DNA from: Escherichia coli
GTDB taxonomy: Bacteria > Pseudomonadota > Gammaproteobacteria > Enterobacterales > Enterobacteriaceae
Length of the DNA: 64,000 nucleotides
Strand: one strand, 5' to 3'
NCBI RefSeq assembly: GCF_016026235.1
Contig: NZ_CP065613.1
Shown here: piece by piece, positions 1 to 11,508 of the stretch
How positions within the stretch are numbered: position 1 is the first letter of the stretch
Layout: the number at the start of each line of letters is the position of its first letter
Made by a program: the position numbers and the translations under genes
The notes under the pieces: generated by a model
The model's database searches: none
Seen by the model: only the letters and a program-made list of their open reading frames with translations
What the model was told of the DNA's origin: nothing

Positions 1-573
1 ATGACCTTGCTAAAAAAAGGGGCGGCGGCAGATAAAAACAGCGCCCGCGTATCCATCATGATGGGACGCGTGTTTATGGCGAAAGGAGAATACGCCAAAG
101 CCGTCGAAAGTTTGCAACGCGTGATATCCCAGGACAGAGAACTGGTCAGCGAAACGCTGGAAATGTTGCAAACCTGCTATCAGCAGTTGGGTAAAACTGC
201 CGAATGGGCAGAATTCCTGCAACGCGCGGTGGAAGAGAACACCGGTGCCGATGCTGAATTGATGCTTGCTGATATCATCGAAGCGCGCGACGGTAGTGAG
301 GCCGCACAGGTCTATATTACGCGCCAGCTTCAGCGTCATCCGACCATGCGTGTGTTCCATAAGTTAATGGATTACCACTTAAATGAAGCGGAAGAAGGGC
401 GTGCCAAAGAGAGCCTGATGGTGCTGCGTGACATGGTTGGCGAAAAGGTACGTAGTAAGCCTCGTTATCGCTGCCAGAAATGTGGTTTTACCGCATACAC
501 CCTCTACTGGCATTGTCCGTCTTGTCGGGCCTGGTCAACCATTAAACCGATTCGCGGTCTTGATGGCCTGTAA
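1..573 (+). CDS. lapB: LapB/YciM (LPS assembly regulator), C-terminal part; 5' end lies outside the window
   Basis: ORF 1..573; C-terminal rubredoxin-like CxxC...CxxC motif (CQKCGF...CPSC) typical of LapB; position immediately upstream of pyrF. Confidence 0.85.
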   Translation: MTLLKKGAAADKNSARVSIMMGRVFMAKGEYAKAVESLQRVISQDRELVSETLEMLQTCYQQLGKTAEWAEFLQRAVEENTGADAELMLADIIEARDGSEAAQVYITRQLQRHPTMRVFHKLMDYHLNEAEEGRAKESLMVLRDMVGEKVRSKPRYRCQKCGFTAYTLYWHCPSCRAWSTIKPIRGLDGL

Positions 574-765
574 TTTTTTAAAAAAACCGATTTTAGTTAC
601 AACATACTAGTTATTGATGTCCCATTGTGCTCCGGCAACGACGGCGCAGAAAAAGCCTGCCAGGGGAGAAATCGCAACTGTTAATTTTTTATTTCCACGG
701 GTAGAATGCTCGCCGTTTACCTGTTTCGCGCCACTTCCGGTGCCCATCATCAAGAAGGTCTGGTC

Positions 766-1503
766 ATGACGTTAACTGCTTCATCTTCTTCCCGCGCTGT
801 TACGAATTCTCCTGTGGTTGTTGCCCTTGATTATCATAATCGTGATGCCGCGCTGGCCTTTGTCGACAAGATCGACCCACGCGATTGTCGTCTGAAGGTC
901 GGCAAAGAGATGTTTACATTGTTTGGGCCACAGTTTGTGCGCGAACTTCAACAGCGTGGTTTTGATATCTTTCTTGACCTGAAATTCCACGATATCCCCA
1001 ACACTGCAGCGCACGCTGTCGCTGCTGCAGCTGACTTAGGCGTGTGGATGGTGAATGTTCATGCCTCTGGTGGGGCGCGTATGATGACCGCAGCGCGTGA
1101 GGCACTGGTTCCGTTTGGCAAAGATGCACCGCTTTTGATTGCTGTGACAGTGTTGACCAGCATGGAAGCCAGCGACCTGGCCGATCTTGGCGTGACACTG
1201 TCACCTGCAGATTATGCAGAACGTCTGGCGGCACTGACGCAAAAATGTGGCCTTGATGGTGTGGTGTGTTCTGCTCAGGAAGCTGTGCGCTTTAAACAGG
1301 TATTCGGTCAGGAGTTCAAGCTGGTTACGCCGGGCATTCGTCCGCAGGGGAGTGATGCTGGTGACCAGCGCCGCATTATGACGCCAGAACAGGCGTTGGC
1401 GGCTGGTGTTGATTATATGGTGATTGGTCGCCCGGTAACGCAATCGGTAGATCCAGCGCAGACGCTGAAAGCGATCAACGCCTCTTTACAGCGGAGTGCA
1501 TGA
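766..1503 (+). CDS. pyrF: Orotidine-5'-phosphate decarboxylase
   Basis: ORF 706..1503; likely true start at the internal ATG (MTLTASSSS...), giving ~245 aa; OMP decarboxylase signature VVVALDY...[10 protein letters not shown]. Confidence 0.93.
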   Translation: MTLTASSSSRAVTNSPVVVALDYHNRDAALAFVDKIDPRDCRLKVGKEMFTLFGPQFVRELQQRGFDIFLDLKFHDIPNTAAHAVAAAADLGVWMVNVHASGGARMMTAAREALVPFGKDAPLLIAVTVLTSMEASDLADLGVTLSPADYAERLAALTQKCGLDGVVCSAQEAVRFKQVFGQEFKLVTPGIRPQGSDAGDQRRIMTPEQALAAGVDYMVIGRPVTQSVDPAQTLKAINASLQRSA

Positions 1504-1829
1504 TGAGTGATTCCAACAGCCGTCTGGTCTACTCAACGGAAACCGGACGTATTGATGAGCCAAAAGCGGCCCCAGTACGCCCTAAAGGCGATGGTGTGGT
1601 GCGTATTCAGCGTCAGACCAGTGGACGTAAAGGTAAGGGCGTTTGCCTGATTACCGGTATCGATCTCGATGATGCCGAACTGACAAAACTTGCAGCGGAA
1701 CTGAAGAAAAAATGCGGCTGCGGCGGAGCAGTTAAAGATGGAGTTATTGAAATCCAGGGCGATAAGCGTGATTTATTAAAATCACTACTTGAAGCGAAAG
1801 GGATGAAGGTAAAACTCGCAGGCGGTTAA
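1503..1829 (+). CDS. yciH: SUI1/eIF1-like translation factor YciH
   Basis: ORF 1500..1829 ([11 protein letters not shown]...); start overlaps the pyrF stop (ATGATGA), suggesting translational coupling. Confidence 0.9.
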   Translation: MSDSNSRLVYSTETGRIDEPKAAPVRPKGDGVVRIQRQTSGRKGKGVCLITGIDLDDAELTKLAAELKKKCGCGGAVKDGVIEIQGDKRDLLKSLLEAKGMKVKLAGG

Positions 1830-1834
1830 CATAA

Positions 1835-1860
1835 AAAGCCACGGATATATCCGTGGCTTT
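1835..1860. terminator. Bidirectional intrinsic terminator between yciH (+) and osmB (-)
   Basis: Perfect hairpin AAAGCCACGG-ATATAT-CCGTGGCTTT; followed by a T-run on the minus strand (osmB side) and TTCGAATATTTT on the plus side. Confidence 0.65.
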
Positions 1861-1954
1861 CGAATATTTTACTGTGTGTATTATTCAGTTATTTCGTACT
1901 GAACAGAATCAAGCGTATTATAATTGCGAGTCGATAATCGACATTTATTTACGA

Positions 1955-2173
1955 TTATTTACCGACCTGGTGACCAATAACACCACCGACAGCTGCGCCA
2001 CCTAATGTACCCAACGTACTGCCATCGGTCAGTACTGCACCGCCTAATGCCCCTGCACCCGCGCCGATTGCGGTGTTGCGGTCCCGTTTAGACCAGTTAG
2101 AACAGGCACTCAGAGACATTGCCAGGGTAATTGCCAGAACAGCCGCGGTCATTTTTTTGCTCGTTACAAACAT
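1955..2173 (-). CDS. osmB: Osmotically inducible lipoprotein OsmB
   Basis: 72 aa; lipobox LSAC after the signal peptide; glycine-zipper rich mature region. Confidence 0.93.
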   Translation of the reverse strand: MFVTSKKMTAAVLAITLAMSLSACSNWSKRDRNTAIGAGAGALGGAVLTDGSTLGTLGGAAVGGVIGHQVGK

Positions 2174-2441
2174 AATACTCTCTCCTGAATTTATGATTCA
2201 CGGAAGTAAGCTCTCTATAACTATAATAGCTAAGAATAAGCCTGGTGAAATTATTCCGTGAAATCCGCTCGCGCGCAGGGTTATATCACGCAGGTGATAA
2301 TGACTTCCTGTTATATCGCTGATAATAATTTTATATCTTGAGAGTGTTAATAACAGGTAAATAGTCTTAATTATCAACCAGGAATCATCTTAGAGCGGAT
2401 GATTTGCCAAACTGCAAATCATCCGTAGAGAAGGGAAATGG

Positions 2442-3191
2442 TTAAATGTCAACGACGTGAACGGTGAGTTTACTGTGCTCAAGATGCATCAGATCGCTGG
2501 CGCGTATTTTCGAATCGGTAATCACGCGATTGAATCGCTCAACGGGACCGATGGAGTATGAATGTACAGCACCAAATTTCGAGCTGTCAGTCAGGACTAT
2601 CGCTTCGCACTCTTTTTCCAGCACGGCATTGACCACATCGGTACGCATCATATCGCGACCGGTGAATCCAGTTTCAGGTTGCCAGCCATCAATACCAATA
2701 AATGCTTTGCTGAAATGCACCTGCTGGATGCACTGGCGTGTCAACGGGCCAACCATACTTTCGCTTTTTTTCTGGTACATGCCACCGAGCAAAATGACTT
2801 CACAAGGCGCGTCTTTCAGCAAATGCGCGATGTAGCTGCTGACCGTGATGATAGTGACATTTTTCTTCTGCTCCCCCAGAGTCCGGGCGAGCAGGGCATT
2901 GCTGCTGCCATTTTCGATAAAGATGGTTTCGCCCGGTTGAACCAGTGACGCGGCAAACTCGGCGAGTTCACGCTTCAGCGTATAGTTGCTCATCATACGG
3001 GTTTCGACGTCATCACTATCAAGCGAAACTGCAAAGCCATGTGCACGGCGGAGGTAACTCAGTTTTTCGAGGGTGTTGAGATCCTGGCGAATGGTAACTT
3101 CAGAAACTCCAGTGGCTTTTGCCAGATCGGTTACGCTAACCTGACCCTGGTCAATGACCATCTGTAGAATAGTTTGTTGTCGGGAATTCAT
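2442..3191 (-). CDS. yciT: DeoR-family transcriptional regulator YciT
   Basis: 249 aa; N-terminal HTH (QQTILQMV...[20 protein letters not shown]) plus DeoR C-terminal sugar-binding domain. Confidence 0.9.
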   Translation of the reverse strand: MNSRQQTILQMVIDQGQVSVTDLAKATGVSEVTIRQDLNTLEKLSYLRRAHGFAVSLDSDDVETRMMSNYTLKRELAEFAASLVQPGETIFIENGSSNALLARTLGEQKKNVTIITVSSYIAHLLKDAPCEVILLGGMYQKKSESMVGPLTRQCIQQVHFSKAFIGIDGWQPETGFTGRDMMRTDVVNAVLEKECEAIVLTDSSKFGAVHSYSIGPVERFNRVITDSKIRASDLMHLEHSKLTVHVVDI

Positions 3192-3280
3192 CGCTGTAAT
3201 TCTTATAACGTTATAATACTAAATAAAAAAATACTGACGCGCCGGGCATCCTCAAATAGGAAAACCTGAAGGCACGATTG

Positions 3281-3463
3281 TTAAATCTCCCACGGTGCCT
3301 TCGGGATGTCTGGCGTAGATTCAGCAACCTGGCGCAAGAGTTCTGCTTTAAGTATCTCGAGATTATGGATCGCAGAGTGGTAATCGCCTGCCACAAGGAT
3401 ATCTAACACAATATCAATACGTTCGGCAACGCGCTGGGCATCAAATTCAGACATCAAGGACAT
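3281..3463 (-). CDS. yciZ: Small protein YciZ (UPF0509 family)
   Basis: ORF 60 aa; true start possibly the internal Met (MSEFDAQRV...) at 3454. Confidence 0.7.
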
Positions 3464-3601
3464 CCTTATAGCAAAAGGGGGAAAATGAATAATGCAAAAA
3501 TTGCCGCTAAAAGAGAAGTGTTTAACAGCAACGGCTAATTATCATCCAGGAATACGATATATAATGACGGGATATAGCGCTAAGTATATATATTCATCTA
3601 C

Positions 3602-5587
3602 TTATGCGCGCTTCAGATAGCGTTTATACCAGCGTTCGAAGGCGACGGCGGGCATCGGTTTGGCAAACAAAAATCCTTGCCGCTCATTGATCCCGTTCTT
3701 GGTTAAAAAAGCATCTTCCTTTGCACTCTCTACACCTTCGGCGATCACCTGAAGATTCAATGCCTGGGCCACAGCGACGATCGCCCGGACCAGTGACTGC
3801 GAGACAGGTTGTTTGTGAATATCTCGAACAAAAACCTGGTCAAGTTTGATGGCATCGATCGGAAAGCGCGCCAGTTGCGAAAGTGAAGAGTAGCCGGTAC
3901 CAAAATCATCCAGATGCACTTGCGCACCTAGTTGGCTAAATTGTTGAATAACAGACAGTGCCAGTTCATCATTCTCAATCAGACAACTCTCTGTCAGTTC
4001 AACATCTATAGGGCAGTATTCAAAATTGAGTTCCTGGAGAACCTGTTTCAGGGCGGTGAAAATGGTTTGATCGGCGAGCTGACGTGCAGAAATATTTACC
4101 GCCACTCGCAGGTTTATGCCTTTATCCCGCCACTTTGCCACCTGGCGTACGACATCGAGAATCACCCAACGGCCTAAAGGCACAATTAGCCCTGACTCTT
4201 CGGCGTAGGAAATGAAGTCCAACGGTGGAATCAACCCACGTTCAGGTGACTGCCAACGTACTAGTGCTTCCAGACTGCGCACTTCGCCACGCCAGGTGAT
4301 TTTCGGTTGATAGTGAATAACCAACTGATCGTTTTCCAGTGCTTTACGCAAGTTGGTATCCAGCCAGAGATATTCAAATACCCGCTGATTCATTTCTGGA
4401 GTAAAAACGCAAAATTGTCCTCGTCCGCCTTCCTTCGCTGTGTACATTGCTGTGTCGGCGTGACGAATAATAGTCGCGCTGTCCGAACCATGTTCGGGAG
4501 AGAGCGAAATACCTACTGAACAGCTGGTATAAACTTCAATTAAACCAATACGAAAGGGGAGGCGTAAGCGGGTCAAAATTCGTGATGCCATTGCTTCCAG
4601 CGCGCTTTGTGAGGTATTGGATGCCAGTACCAGAAACTCATCGCCACCTGGACGCGCCAACACCTGGTCATGTTCGAGACAGCTTAAAATAGCCAATGAC
4701 ACGTCGCGTAATAACTGGTCACCAAACAAATGCCCATAGGCGTCGTTGACCTTTTTAAAATTATCCAAATCAAGATACACAACCCCAACTTTATTGTTAT
4801 CTGCCTGATTAATAGCGTGATCGATTAACTCCTGCATTGCGTTACGATTCGGCAGTCCGGTGATACTGTCGGTATTTGCCAGAATACGCAGTCGCTCCTG
4901 AGCGCGGCGCTCTTCGGTAATGTCGGTACCGGAACAGATTAAAAAAATCTCGTTTTTGCCACTGCCGCTGTGGACAAATTTATTGCGAAACAGAAACAGC
5001 CGCTGGCCTTTACGTGTTGGTATCCACAGTTCGACTTCATATGCATTGCCGCTTCGAAAAAATACACGGTTATTGCGCCTGGATGCCGCAGCTTCACGAC
5101 GGCTCATAAACAGTTTAAACACGCTTTGCCCAATGACGTCGTGTTCTTTCAACCCTGTGTAATCTTCACATAACCGATTGAAGCGTTGGATATTCCCCCG
5201 GCTGTCGAGAATCACTATTGCGGAATGTGCTTCAGAAACTACCTGCTCAGCAAAGGAAAGCCCGTGTGATAAATCACGAGCAACCGCCGGTGTGTCATGC
5301 CATGCAGACGCGTTGCCAGCCCATTCCCGTTTATTGATTTTTCGTCCTACCAGATGCACAGAAAGATCGCTTTCATCGACGGTCAGACTCATCATCAGGC
5401 TGGAGGTGATGACCGTCATTTCCCTGATGCGAGCAGCCTGTTCGGCAGATAACTGCAATGTACGATCAGGTTCTGTGGTTTCGGTGGTAGAAAAGCGCAA
5501 AACATCGCTGCTTTCCGTCAACCGCCAGTATGGATTGTGCGATCCGAGAAAGTTGTACAACGTTGTGGACTCCCTAACGGTTTTCAT
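3602..5587 (-). CDS. pdeR: c-di-GMP phosphodiesterase PdeR (PAS-GGDEF-EAL)
   Basis: 661 aa; degenerate GGDEF region followed by an EAL domain (EVLARW...DDFGTGYSSL). Confidence 0.9.
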   Translation of the reverse strand: MKTVRESTTLYNFLGSHNPYWRLTESSDVLRFSTTETTEPDRTLQLSAEQAARIREMTVITSSLMMSLTVDESDLSVHLVGRKINKREWAGNASAWHDTPAVARDLSHGLSFAEQVVSEAHSAIVILDSRGNIQRFNRLCEDYTGLKEHDVIGQSVFKLFMSRREAAASRRNNRVFFRSGNAYEVELWIPTRKGQRLFLFRNKFVHSGSGKNEIFLICSGTDITEERRAQERLRILANTDSITGLPNRNAMQELIDHAINQADNNKVGVVYLDLDNFKKVNDAYGHLFGDQLLRDVSLAILSCLEHDQVLARPGGDEFLVLASNTSQSALEAMASRILTRLRLPFRIGLIEVYTSCSVGISLSPEHGSDSATIIRHADTAMYTAKEGGRGQFCVFTPEMNQRVFEYLWLDTNLRKALENDQLVIHYQPKITWRGEVRSLEALVRWQSPERGLIPPLDFISYAEESGLIVPLGRWVILDVVRQVAKWRDKGINLRVAVNISARQLADQTIFTALKQVLQELNFEYCPIDVELTESCLIENDELALSVIQQFSQLGAQVHLDDFGTGYSSLSQLARFPIDAIKLDQVFVRDIHKQPVSQSLVRAIVAVAQALNLQVIAEGVESAKEDAFLTKNGINERQGFLFAKPMPAVAFERWYKRYLKRA

Positions 5588-5787
5588 GATGCATATCCTC
5601 CGGTTAACAGCGGAGTCCGCGGTTAAATAAAAGGAACAACATGACTTACATGAAATTAACGGCGGCTAAACGCATTGTTTTTTTATATATTTATTTGTAA
5701 TCCAGTTTTGGAAAAACGCCAGTTTTCAAACGAAAGTCAGTTAAAAAATCTGCCTGGATATAACGAAGGTAGAGCGGGGAAATAAAC

Positions 5788-5810
5788 GGCCCATCCATGA
5801 GGAATGGGCC
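5788..5810 (-). terminator. Intrinsic terminator downstream of rnb
   Basis: Hairpin GGCCCAT-N9-ATGGGCC 12 bp after the rnb stop, followed on the minus strand by GTTTATTTCC. Confidence 0.5.
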
Positions 5811-5821
5811 GTGAAAGGAGA

Positions 5822-7756
5822 TTACGCGACCGGGCGCGCAATAATGCTGCGGGTTTCCATGCGGACTTCGGCAATGGTGACGTCAATAACGTCAGTTACT
5901 TTGTAAACCGTTTCACCTTTAATTTGTACAGTGCCGTTTTCCTGGCTGCAAACCAGTTCATCGCGCATAGCGTGTAAGAAAGGTGCCGGAATAAAGGCGA
6001 TAGCGCCGTTATCAACCAAACGCACACGCATGCCGCCACGGCTGATATCGACAATTTCCGCCGCGAAACGGGTGTCGGTCCCGGCTTTGTCTTTCAGGAA
6101 GCGTGCGTATAACCAGTCGCCAACATCACGTTCTGCCATCCGGTTGAGACGGCGACGCTCGGCCATTTGGACAGTGATTTCATCCTGTGGGCGCGTCGCA
6201 GTTTCGCCTTTGATAACCGCTTTCAGCAGACGGTGGTTGATCATGTCGCCATATTTACGGATCGGCGAAGTCCAGGTGGCGTATGCTTCCAGACCGAGGC
6301 CAAAGTGAGGACCGGGTTCAGTGCTAATTTCAGCAAATGACTGGAAGCGACGAATGCGGCTGTCGAGGAAACCAGTTGGTTGCGCATCCAGTTCACGACG
6401 CAGTTTGCAGAAACCGTCCAGCGTGAGCACTTCTTCGGCATCGACATGCAGACCGTGCGTTTTCAGCAACGCTGCCAGCGCGTCGGCATTCGCCGGATCA
6501 AAGCCCATATGCACGTTATAGATGCCAAAACCGAGCTTATCGCGCAGTACGCGGGCCGCACAAATGTTAGCGGCAATCATCGCTTCTTCGACGATACGGT
6601 TGGCAATGCGACGAGGCTCGGCGACGATATCCAGCACTTCACCTTTTTCACCGAGAATAAAGCGGTAATCCGGGCGATCTTTAAACACCAGTGCGTGGTT
6701 ATGACGCCACTCGCCGCGGCGTTGGCAAATTTGCGCTAGCAAACGGACTTGTTCGGCAATTGCTTCACTTTCAGGCTGCCAGTCACCGGTATTTTCCAGC
6801 CAGTCAGAAACCTGGTCATACACCAGCTTTGCTTTGGATTCGATGGTGGCGGCAAAGAATTCGATATTATCTTCAATGGTGCCATCAGCGGAGAGCGTCA
6901 TGCGGCATGCCAGTACCGGGCGGACTTCATTGGCGCGCAGTGAGCAGAGATCGTCAGAAAGCTCGCGAGGCAGCATAGGGATGTTGAAGCCAGGCAGATA
7001 GTTGGTGAATGCGCGAATTTTCGCGGCTTTGTCCAGCTTGCTGCCTTCAGCAATCCACGCGGTTGGATCGGCAATCGCCACAATCAGCTGAAGTTTGTCA
7101 TCCGGCAACGCCTTAGCGAAAAGGGCGTCATCCATATCTTCTGTGCTGGCACTGTCGATGGTGACAAAATCCAGCGCGGTCAGATCTTCACGAACCAGAC
7201 CTTCATCGAGCATTTCGGTAGCGACGCCGTCTGGTGCTTCTTTTTCCAGATTATGGCGCGCAAGTGTAACCCACCACGGTACAAAGTGGTCGTCACCAAA
7301 AGTGATGTATTGTGTCAGTTCTGCATAGAAAGAACGATCGCCTTTCAGCGGATGACGGCGCATTTCGGCAACCGCCCAGTCGCCTTCTTTAAACTCGTGG
7401 TTCAGGCCACGGGCTGCGCGGCAAGGAATGGCGTCTTTTAAGAGTGGATGATCAGGAACGATGGCCAGACGGTCATTTTTGCCCTGAACTTTACCCACGA
7501 AACGAGTCAGGAACGGTTCAACCAGTTCTTCTGGCTCTGCGGATTCACGTTCTTTTTCACTGTGGATCACCGCGATAATTCGGTCGCCATGCATGACTTT
7601 TTTCATCTGCGGCGGCGGAATGAAATAACTTTTTTGCGCGTCGACTTCCAGGAAGCCAAAGCCTTTTTCTGTGGCTTTTACCACCCCTTCAGCGCGTGGC
7701 GTCTGGGAATGCAGTTGCTGTTTAAGCTGCGCTAGCAGCGGGTTGTCCTGAAACAT
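5822..7756 (-). CDS. rnb: Exoribonuclease II
   Basis: 644 aa; RNB catalytic domain and C-terminal S1 domain. Confidence 0.95.
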   Translation of the reverse strand: MFQDNPLLAQLKQQLHSQTPRAEGVVKATEKGFGFLEVDAQKSYFIPPPQMKKVMHGDRIIAVIHSEKERESAEPEELVEPFLTRFVGKVQGKNDRLAIVPDHPLLKDAIPCRAARGLNHEFKEGDWAVAEMRRHPLKGDRSFYAELTQYITFGDDHFVPWWVTLARHNLEKEAPDGVATEMLDEGLVREDLTALDFVTIDSASTEDMDDALFAKALPDDKLQLIVAIADPTAWIAEGSKLDKAAKIRAFTNYLPGFNIPMLPRELSDDLCSLRANEVRPVLACRMTLSADGTIEDNIEFFAATIESKAKLVYDQVSDWLENTGDWQPESEAIAEQVRLLAQICQRRGEWRHNHALVFKDRPDYRFILGEKGEVLDIVAEPRRIANRIVEEAMIAANICAARVLRDKLGFGIYNVHMGFDPANADALAALLKTHGLHVDAEEVLTLDGFCKLRRELDAQPTGFLDSRIRRFQSFAEISTEPGPHFGLGLEAYATWTSPIRKYGDMINHRLLKAVIKGETATRPQDEITVQMAERRRLNRMAERDVGDWLYARFLKDKAGTDTRFAAEIVDISRGGMRVRLVDNGAIAFIPAPFLHAMRDELVCSQENGTVQIKGETVYKVTDVIDVTIAEVRMETRSIIARPVA

Positions 7757-7823
7757 AATTGTCTATTTTGGTGGCCATTAGAGCGGCTGACAGTTTTACG
7801 CGAATCTGTCTGACGCGGCAAGG

Positions 7824-8951
7824 TTAATATGTCTCACCCAACGCGATTTTTAAGCGATTTATCCAGCCACACAGCCCGCTCCATACCAGCAGATTAATAA
7901 TCTGCGTTGATGATTTTTCGTGTTCGAGTAAAGGGCTGAACTGGGCGGCGCTAAAGCGATCGGGTGCTCGGGTCAGCCATTGTATCGCCTGAACGGTAGC
8001 GTGCTCAACAGAATGACGGTCAGCCCATTGGTTAATTTCATTTTCGCCCTTGCGCAGAAGGGGGCTGATTTTTTTATATTCATTTGATGAATCCATACAG
8101 GCGGCAAAACAAGCAGGACTGCCATTTATCCGCGCGCATAACAACGCCGCAAGCTGATTATCCGGCTGTGTATTAACCCGTGTACTGTTTAACAACCTTT
8201 CGAGAAGGGAAAGTGAAATAGGGTGGAGAGAGAGTGTTTCGGCCAGTTGGCAAAGTTCTGCTGTTGAACTTTTTGTGTACTCTTCAGGTAGTTTTTCCAC
8301 CTCATAGCTGCTTCGCCAGCGTATTGATTCATCAGCAAACAGTGACGCGTCGGCGTAGTTTTGTATTTCCAGACCGGGTAACCAGCGTACCGGGTGCCCG
8401 AGATAAGCCTGAAATGTCGCAATGGTCCGCGCCTGAAAGCCAATAAAACCAATGATTTGGTTAATGATCACACAGTCCCAGGCAGTAAGACCGACGTCAT
8501 TCAGATGCTGGCGCGATCGGTTGTCGATAATAGAAGGCGAGCTAGCCAGTTGGCGGGCATATTGCGTGATTTGTGCCAACCTATGATTGCTTTCCCTGGA
8601 GGAATCAGGCCCGGGGAGCGGCGTAAGTCGCGCCGAATAGTAGTTACATAACCGCTGGACGCCGCAAACCTGAGCAACCGTCAGGGCCGTAGACAAGCGT
8701 TCATAAGCGGTGAAGGTCTGTGAACGGGTCACGGTAAGCTGGTCAGGGAACAATTCCACTGCAAGAACGCGCGCAGGGACCAGCCATGAAAGGAAGGGAG
8801 CCAGCGTTTCTTCATCATGGATCACGTCGAGCAGAAAGGGATCGCTGACCTTTGCGGCTTCCGGGACCAGAGGCAGAACGTCATACTCCGCAGTACTGGA
8901 TTGCGTTTCATGATACCAGTGGCTTTTGCCGGTGATGTGGCGTTGTTCCAT
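7824..8951 (-). CDS. yciW: Uncharacterized protein YciW (CMD/AhpD-like)
   Basis: ORF 7824..9029; probable start at the internal Met ([13 protein letters not shown]...) giving ~375 aa. Confidence 0.8.
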   Translation of the reverse strand: MEQRHITGKSHWYHETQSSTAEYDVLPLVPEAAKVSDPFLLDVIHDEETLAPFLSWLVPARVLAVELFPDQLTVTRSQTFTAYERLSTALTVAQVCGVQRLCNYYSARLTPLPGPDSSRESNHRLAQITQYARQLASSPSIIDNRSRQHLNDVGLTAWDCVIINQIIGFIGFQARTIATFQAYLGHPVRWLPGLEIQNYADASLFADESIRWRSSYEVEKLPEEYTKSSTAELCQLAETLSLHPISLSLLERLLNSTRVNTQPDNQLAALLCARINGSPACFAACMDSSNEYKKISPLLRKGENEINQWADRHSVEHATVQAIQWLTRAPDRFSAAQFSPLLEHEKSSTQIINLLVWSGLCGWINRLKIALGETY

Positions 8952-9095
8952 GGGCGCTCCTTGGTCGTAAAGGAAATCGTTATCCTGACGCAAGGCGGGA
9001 AGGGGAGAAAGACGGATCGGCGATAACAAATATCAGAAAGGTATAACAGAGATAACGGGCGGCAGAACGCCGCCCAATATTTACCAACAGAATGA

Positions 9096-9884
9096 TTATT
9101 TCAATTCGAGTTCGTTCATTGCAGCGATGCTGAAACCGCCGTCAACGTGGACCACTTCACCGGAGATACCGGCAGAGAGATCGGAGCACAGGAATGCCGC
9201 AGAGTTACCCACATCTTCAATAGTAACGGTACGGCGAATCGGGGTAACGGCTTCGCAATGAGCCAGCATTTTGCGGAAGTCTTTGATGCCGGAGGCCGCC
9301 AGAGTACGGATCGGACCAGCAGAGATGGCGTTAACACGCACACCTTCCGGACCCATCGCGTTCGCCATATAGCGCACGTTCGCTTCCAGAGACGCTTTTG
9401 CCAGACCCATAACGTTGTAGTTCGGGATAGCGCGCTCAGCGCCAAGGTAGGAAAGGGTCAGAAGGGCAGAACCCGGATTCAGCATGGAGCGGCAAGCTTT
9501 TGCCATTGCAACGAAGCTGTAGGAGCTGATGTCGTGGGCAATTTTGAAGCCTTCACGGGTAACGGCGTTAACATAGTCACCATCCAGCTGATCGCCAGGT
9601 GCAAAACCAATAGAGTGTACGAAACCGTCAAATTTCGGCCAAACTTTCCCCAGTTCAGCGAACATGGTGTCGATGCTGGCATCTTCTGCAACATCGCACT
9701 GCAGAACGATGTCAGAACCCAATTGAGCGGCAAATTCTTCTACGCGGCCTTTCAGTTTGTCGTTCTGGTAGGTGAATGCCAGTTCAGCTCCTTCGCGGTG
9801 CATCGCCTGAGCGATACCGTAGGCGATGGACAGTTTGCTGGCAACACCGGTTACCAGAATGCGCTTACCGGAAAGAAAACCCAT
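9096..9884 (-). CDS. fabI: Enoyl-[acyl-carrier-protein] reductase (NADH)
   Basis: 262 aa; [28 protein letters not shown]... SDR fold with the FabI Tyr/Lys active-site region. Confidence 0.95.
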
Positions 9885-10024
9885 AGCTTTAATCCTTATT
9901 GTTGATGCTTGTTGTGCCTGAAAATCAGGCGATTCGTCGTTTTAGTAAACAGTACGAACAGATAAACGGTTATTATAATCAACCTGGCTGTGAGTGGCTA
10001 TAGCTGCCAGGTCCGACCGGAGCA

Positions 10025-10306
10025 GGGTGCGGGCAGGGTGGGCGCTTTTCCCCTCACCCTAACCCTCTCCCCAGAGGGGCGAGGGGACCGTATTGTGCAA
10101 ATATTGTCACCCCAGCAACAAACAGGCTTATACAGCCCCCTAACCCTTTCAGGGCGTTGGCTGGGGTGAGAGTGAATGGTGGTTCAGACCTTGCCGAATA
10201 TTCTTCATCATCCGCCTCCATGTTTTCACCACAACAGCTATTCGGCTCGGTCGGCCCCCTCGCCCTTTCAGGGAGAGGGTTGGGGTGAGGGTGACCGGCG
10301 GTTCAG
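10025..10306. repeat. Three copies of a ~55 bp GC-rich hairpin repeat (Box C-like) between fabI and ycjD
   Basis: Copy 1 ~10025-10088 (CCCTCACCCTAACCCTCTCCCCAGAGGGGCGAGGGG); copies 2 (~10136-10190) and 3 (~10253-10306) are direct repeats of each other and the inverse of copy 1; each is internally palindromic. Confidence 0.6.
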
Positions 10307-10633
10307 TTCCTGCAGAATAATCTCCAGCACCGCCTCCTCATTACAATCAATCTCGTTATTCCAGAAACGCAGCACGGTCCAGCCCTGCGACTCAAGCCAG
10401 CTAGTGCGCCTGGAATCATAGGCAACTGCCAAATCATGCTGCCCACCATCCAGCTCAACGACTACACGCGCCGAGCAGCAAGCAAAATCGAGAATGTAGC
10501 TCCCCACCGGATGTTGACGGCGAAATTTGAAATCACCAAAACGTCGGCTGCGAAGATATCGCCAGAGCTTTCGTTCCTGCAAAGTGAGATTGCGTCTTAA
10601 ATCACGCGCATTTGATTTTATTTTATCCATCAC
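10268..10633 (-). CDS. ycjD: DUF559 (Vsr-like endonuclease fold) protein YcjD
   Basis: 121 aa ORF; the C-terminal codons (RRSPSPQPSP) are encoded by repeat copy 3. Confidence 0.8.
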   Translation of the reverse strand: MMDKIKSNARDLRRNLTLQERKLWRYLRSRRFGDFKFRRQHPVGSYILDFACCSARVVVELDGGQHDLAVAYDSRRTSWLESQGWTVLRFWNNEIDCNEEAVLEIILQELNRRSPSPQPSP

Positions 10634-10700
10634 CTCATTCTGACAAGATTTAATCTCTTGTCAGAATGAGGTGAATAATCTGGAAGGAGGATTCAGAAAA

Positions 10701-11507
10701 TTAGCGATCTTTACGCCACGCATCCGCCGTCAATGCCTCGCCAAAATGACCGGCAATCAGCCGTTTGGTGAGTTCATGCAGCGGCGATGCCAGCACATCC
10801 GCGGTGCTGCCTCGCTCGACAACCTCGCCCTGATGCATCACCAGCACCTGGTCGCTAATGTGCTTCATCATTCCGATATGCTGGGTAACATAAATATACG
10901 AAATGCCCTGTTTTTCCTGTAATTCCAGCATCAGATTAATCAACTGCGAACGCATCGACATATCCAGTGAAGCGAGGGCTTCATCGGCAATAATGACTTT
11001 TGGGCGCAATATCAGCGCGCGCGCCAGACCCAGACGCTGTTTTTGCCCGGGGGCCAACATATGCGGATAGTAACTGACGTGATCCGGTAGCAGCCCAACC
11101 ATACGCATCGTTTCAATAATCTGTTTGCGACGCTGTTCCGGTTCCAGGTTGGTGTTCAGGCGCAGTGGAAAATCCAGAATTTGCGAGATACGTTGACGGG
11201 GATTCAACGAGGTCGAAGGATCCTGAAAAATCATGCGAATACGCTGACTGCGGAAGGAATAATCGCCAAAATGCAGTGGATGATCGTCAATCAATAACTC
11301 GCCGCTGGTAGGCTCTATCATTCCCGCCAGCATTTTTGCCAGCGTGGATTTACCCGAACCATTCTCGCCAATAATCGCCAGTGTCTGGCCTTCACGTAGC
11401 GTAAAGCTCAAGGGTTTTACCGCTTCTACGGTCTGACGACGAAACCAGCCGGTCCGGTAGCGGAACGTTTTACTTAAATTACGCACTTCAAGCAGCGTTT
11501 CGATCAT
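10701..11507 (-). CDS. sapF: Peptide/putrescine ABC transporter ATPase SapF
   Basis: 268 aa; Walker A GENGSGKST, ABC signature and Walker B. Confidence 0.9.
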   Translation of the reverse strand: MIETLLEVRNLSKTFRYRTGWFRRQTVEAVKPLSFTLREGQTLAIIGENGSGKSTLAKMLAGMIEPTSGELLIDDHPLHFGDYSFRSQRIRMIFQDPSTSLNPRQRISQILDFPLRLNTNLEPEQRRKQIIETMRMVGLLPDHVSYYPHMLAPGQKQRLGLARALILRPKVIIADEALASLDMSMRSQLINLMLELQEKQGISYIYVTQHIGMMKHISDQVLVMHQGEVVERGSTADVLASPLHELTKRLIAGHFGEALTADAWRKDR

Positions 11508-11508
11508 C

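Noticed and set aside
2213-2227. Exact 15-mer TCTCTATAACTATAA shared by the osmB upstream region and the sapA upstream region (16134-16148)
   Set aside because: Both lie in putative promoter regions of minus-strand genes and could be a shared -10 region (TATAGT), but an exact 15-mer repeat is expected a few times by chance in a 64 kb window on two strands, so it is not convincing without conservation data.
2229-2241. TAAGAATAAGCCT upstream of osmB as an RcsB box
   Set aside because: Only a partial match to the RcsAB box as I recall it; not strong enough to annotate.
9147-9905. 252 aa ORF on the plus strand
   Set aside because: Entirely antisense to fabI, which has a strong, recognisable translation; the same applies to other long antisense ORFs inside sap, puu, rnb and ycj genes (for example 33773..34525, 12155..12520, 37956..38291). 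Treated as non-coding shadows.
10025-10306. Possible CRISPR array, given the repeated GC-rich palindromic units
   Set aside because: Only three units, irregular spacing, units vary in length and orientation, no uniform spacers and no cas genes anywhere in the window.
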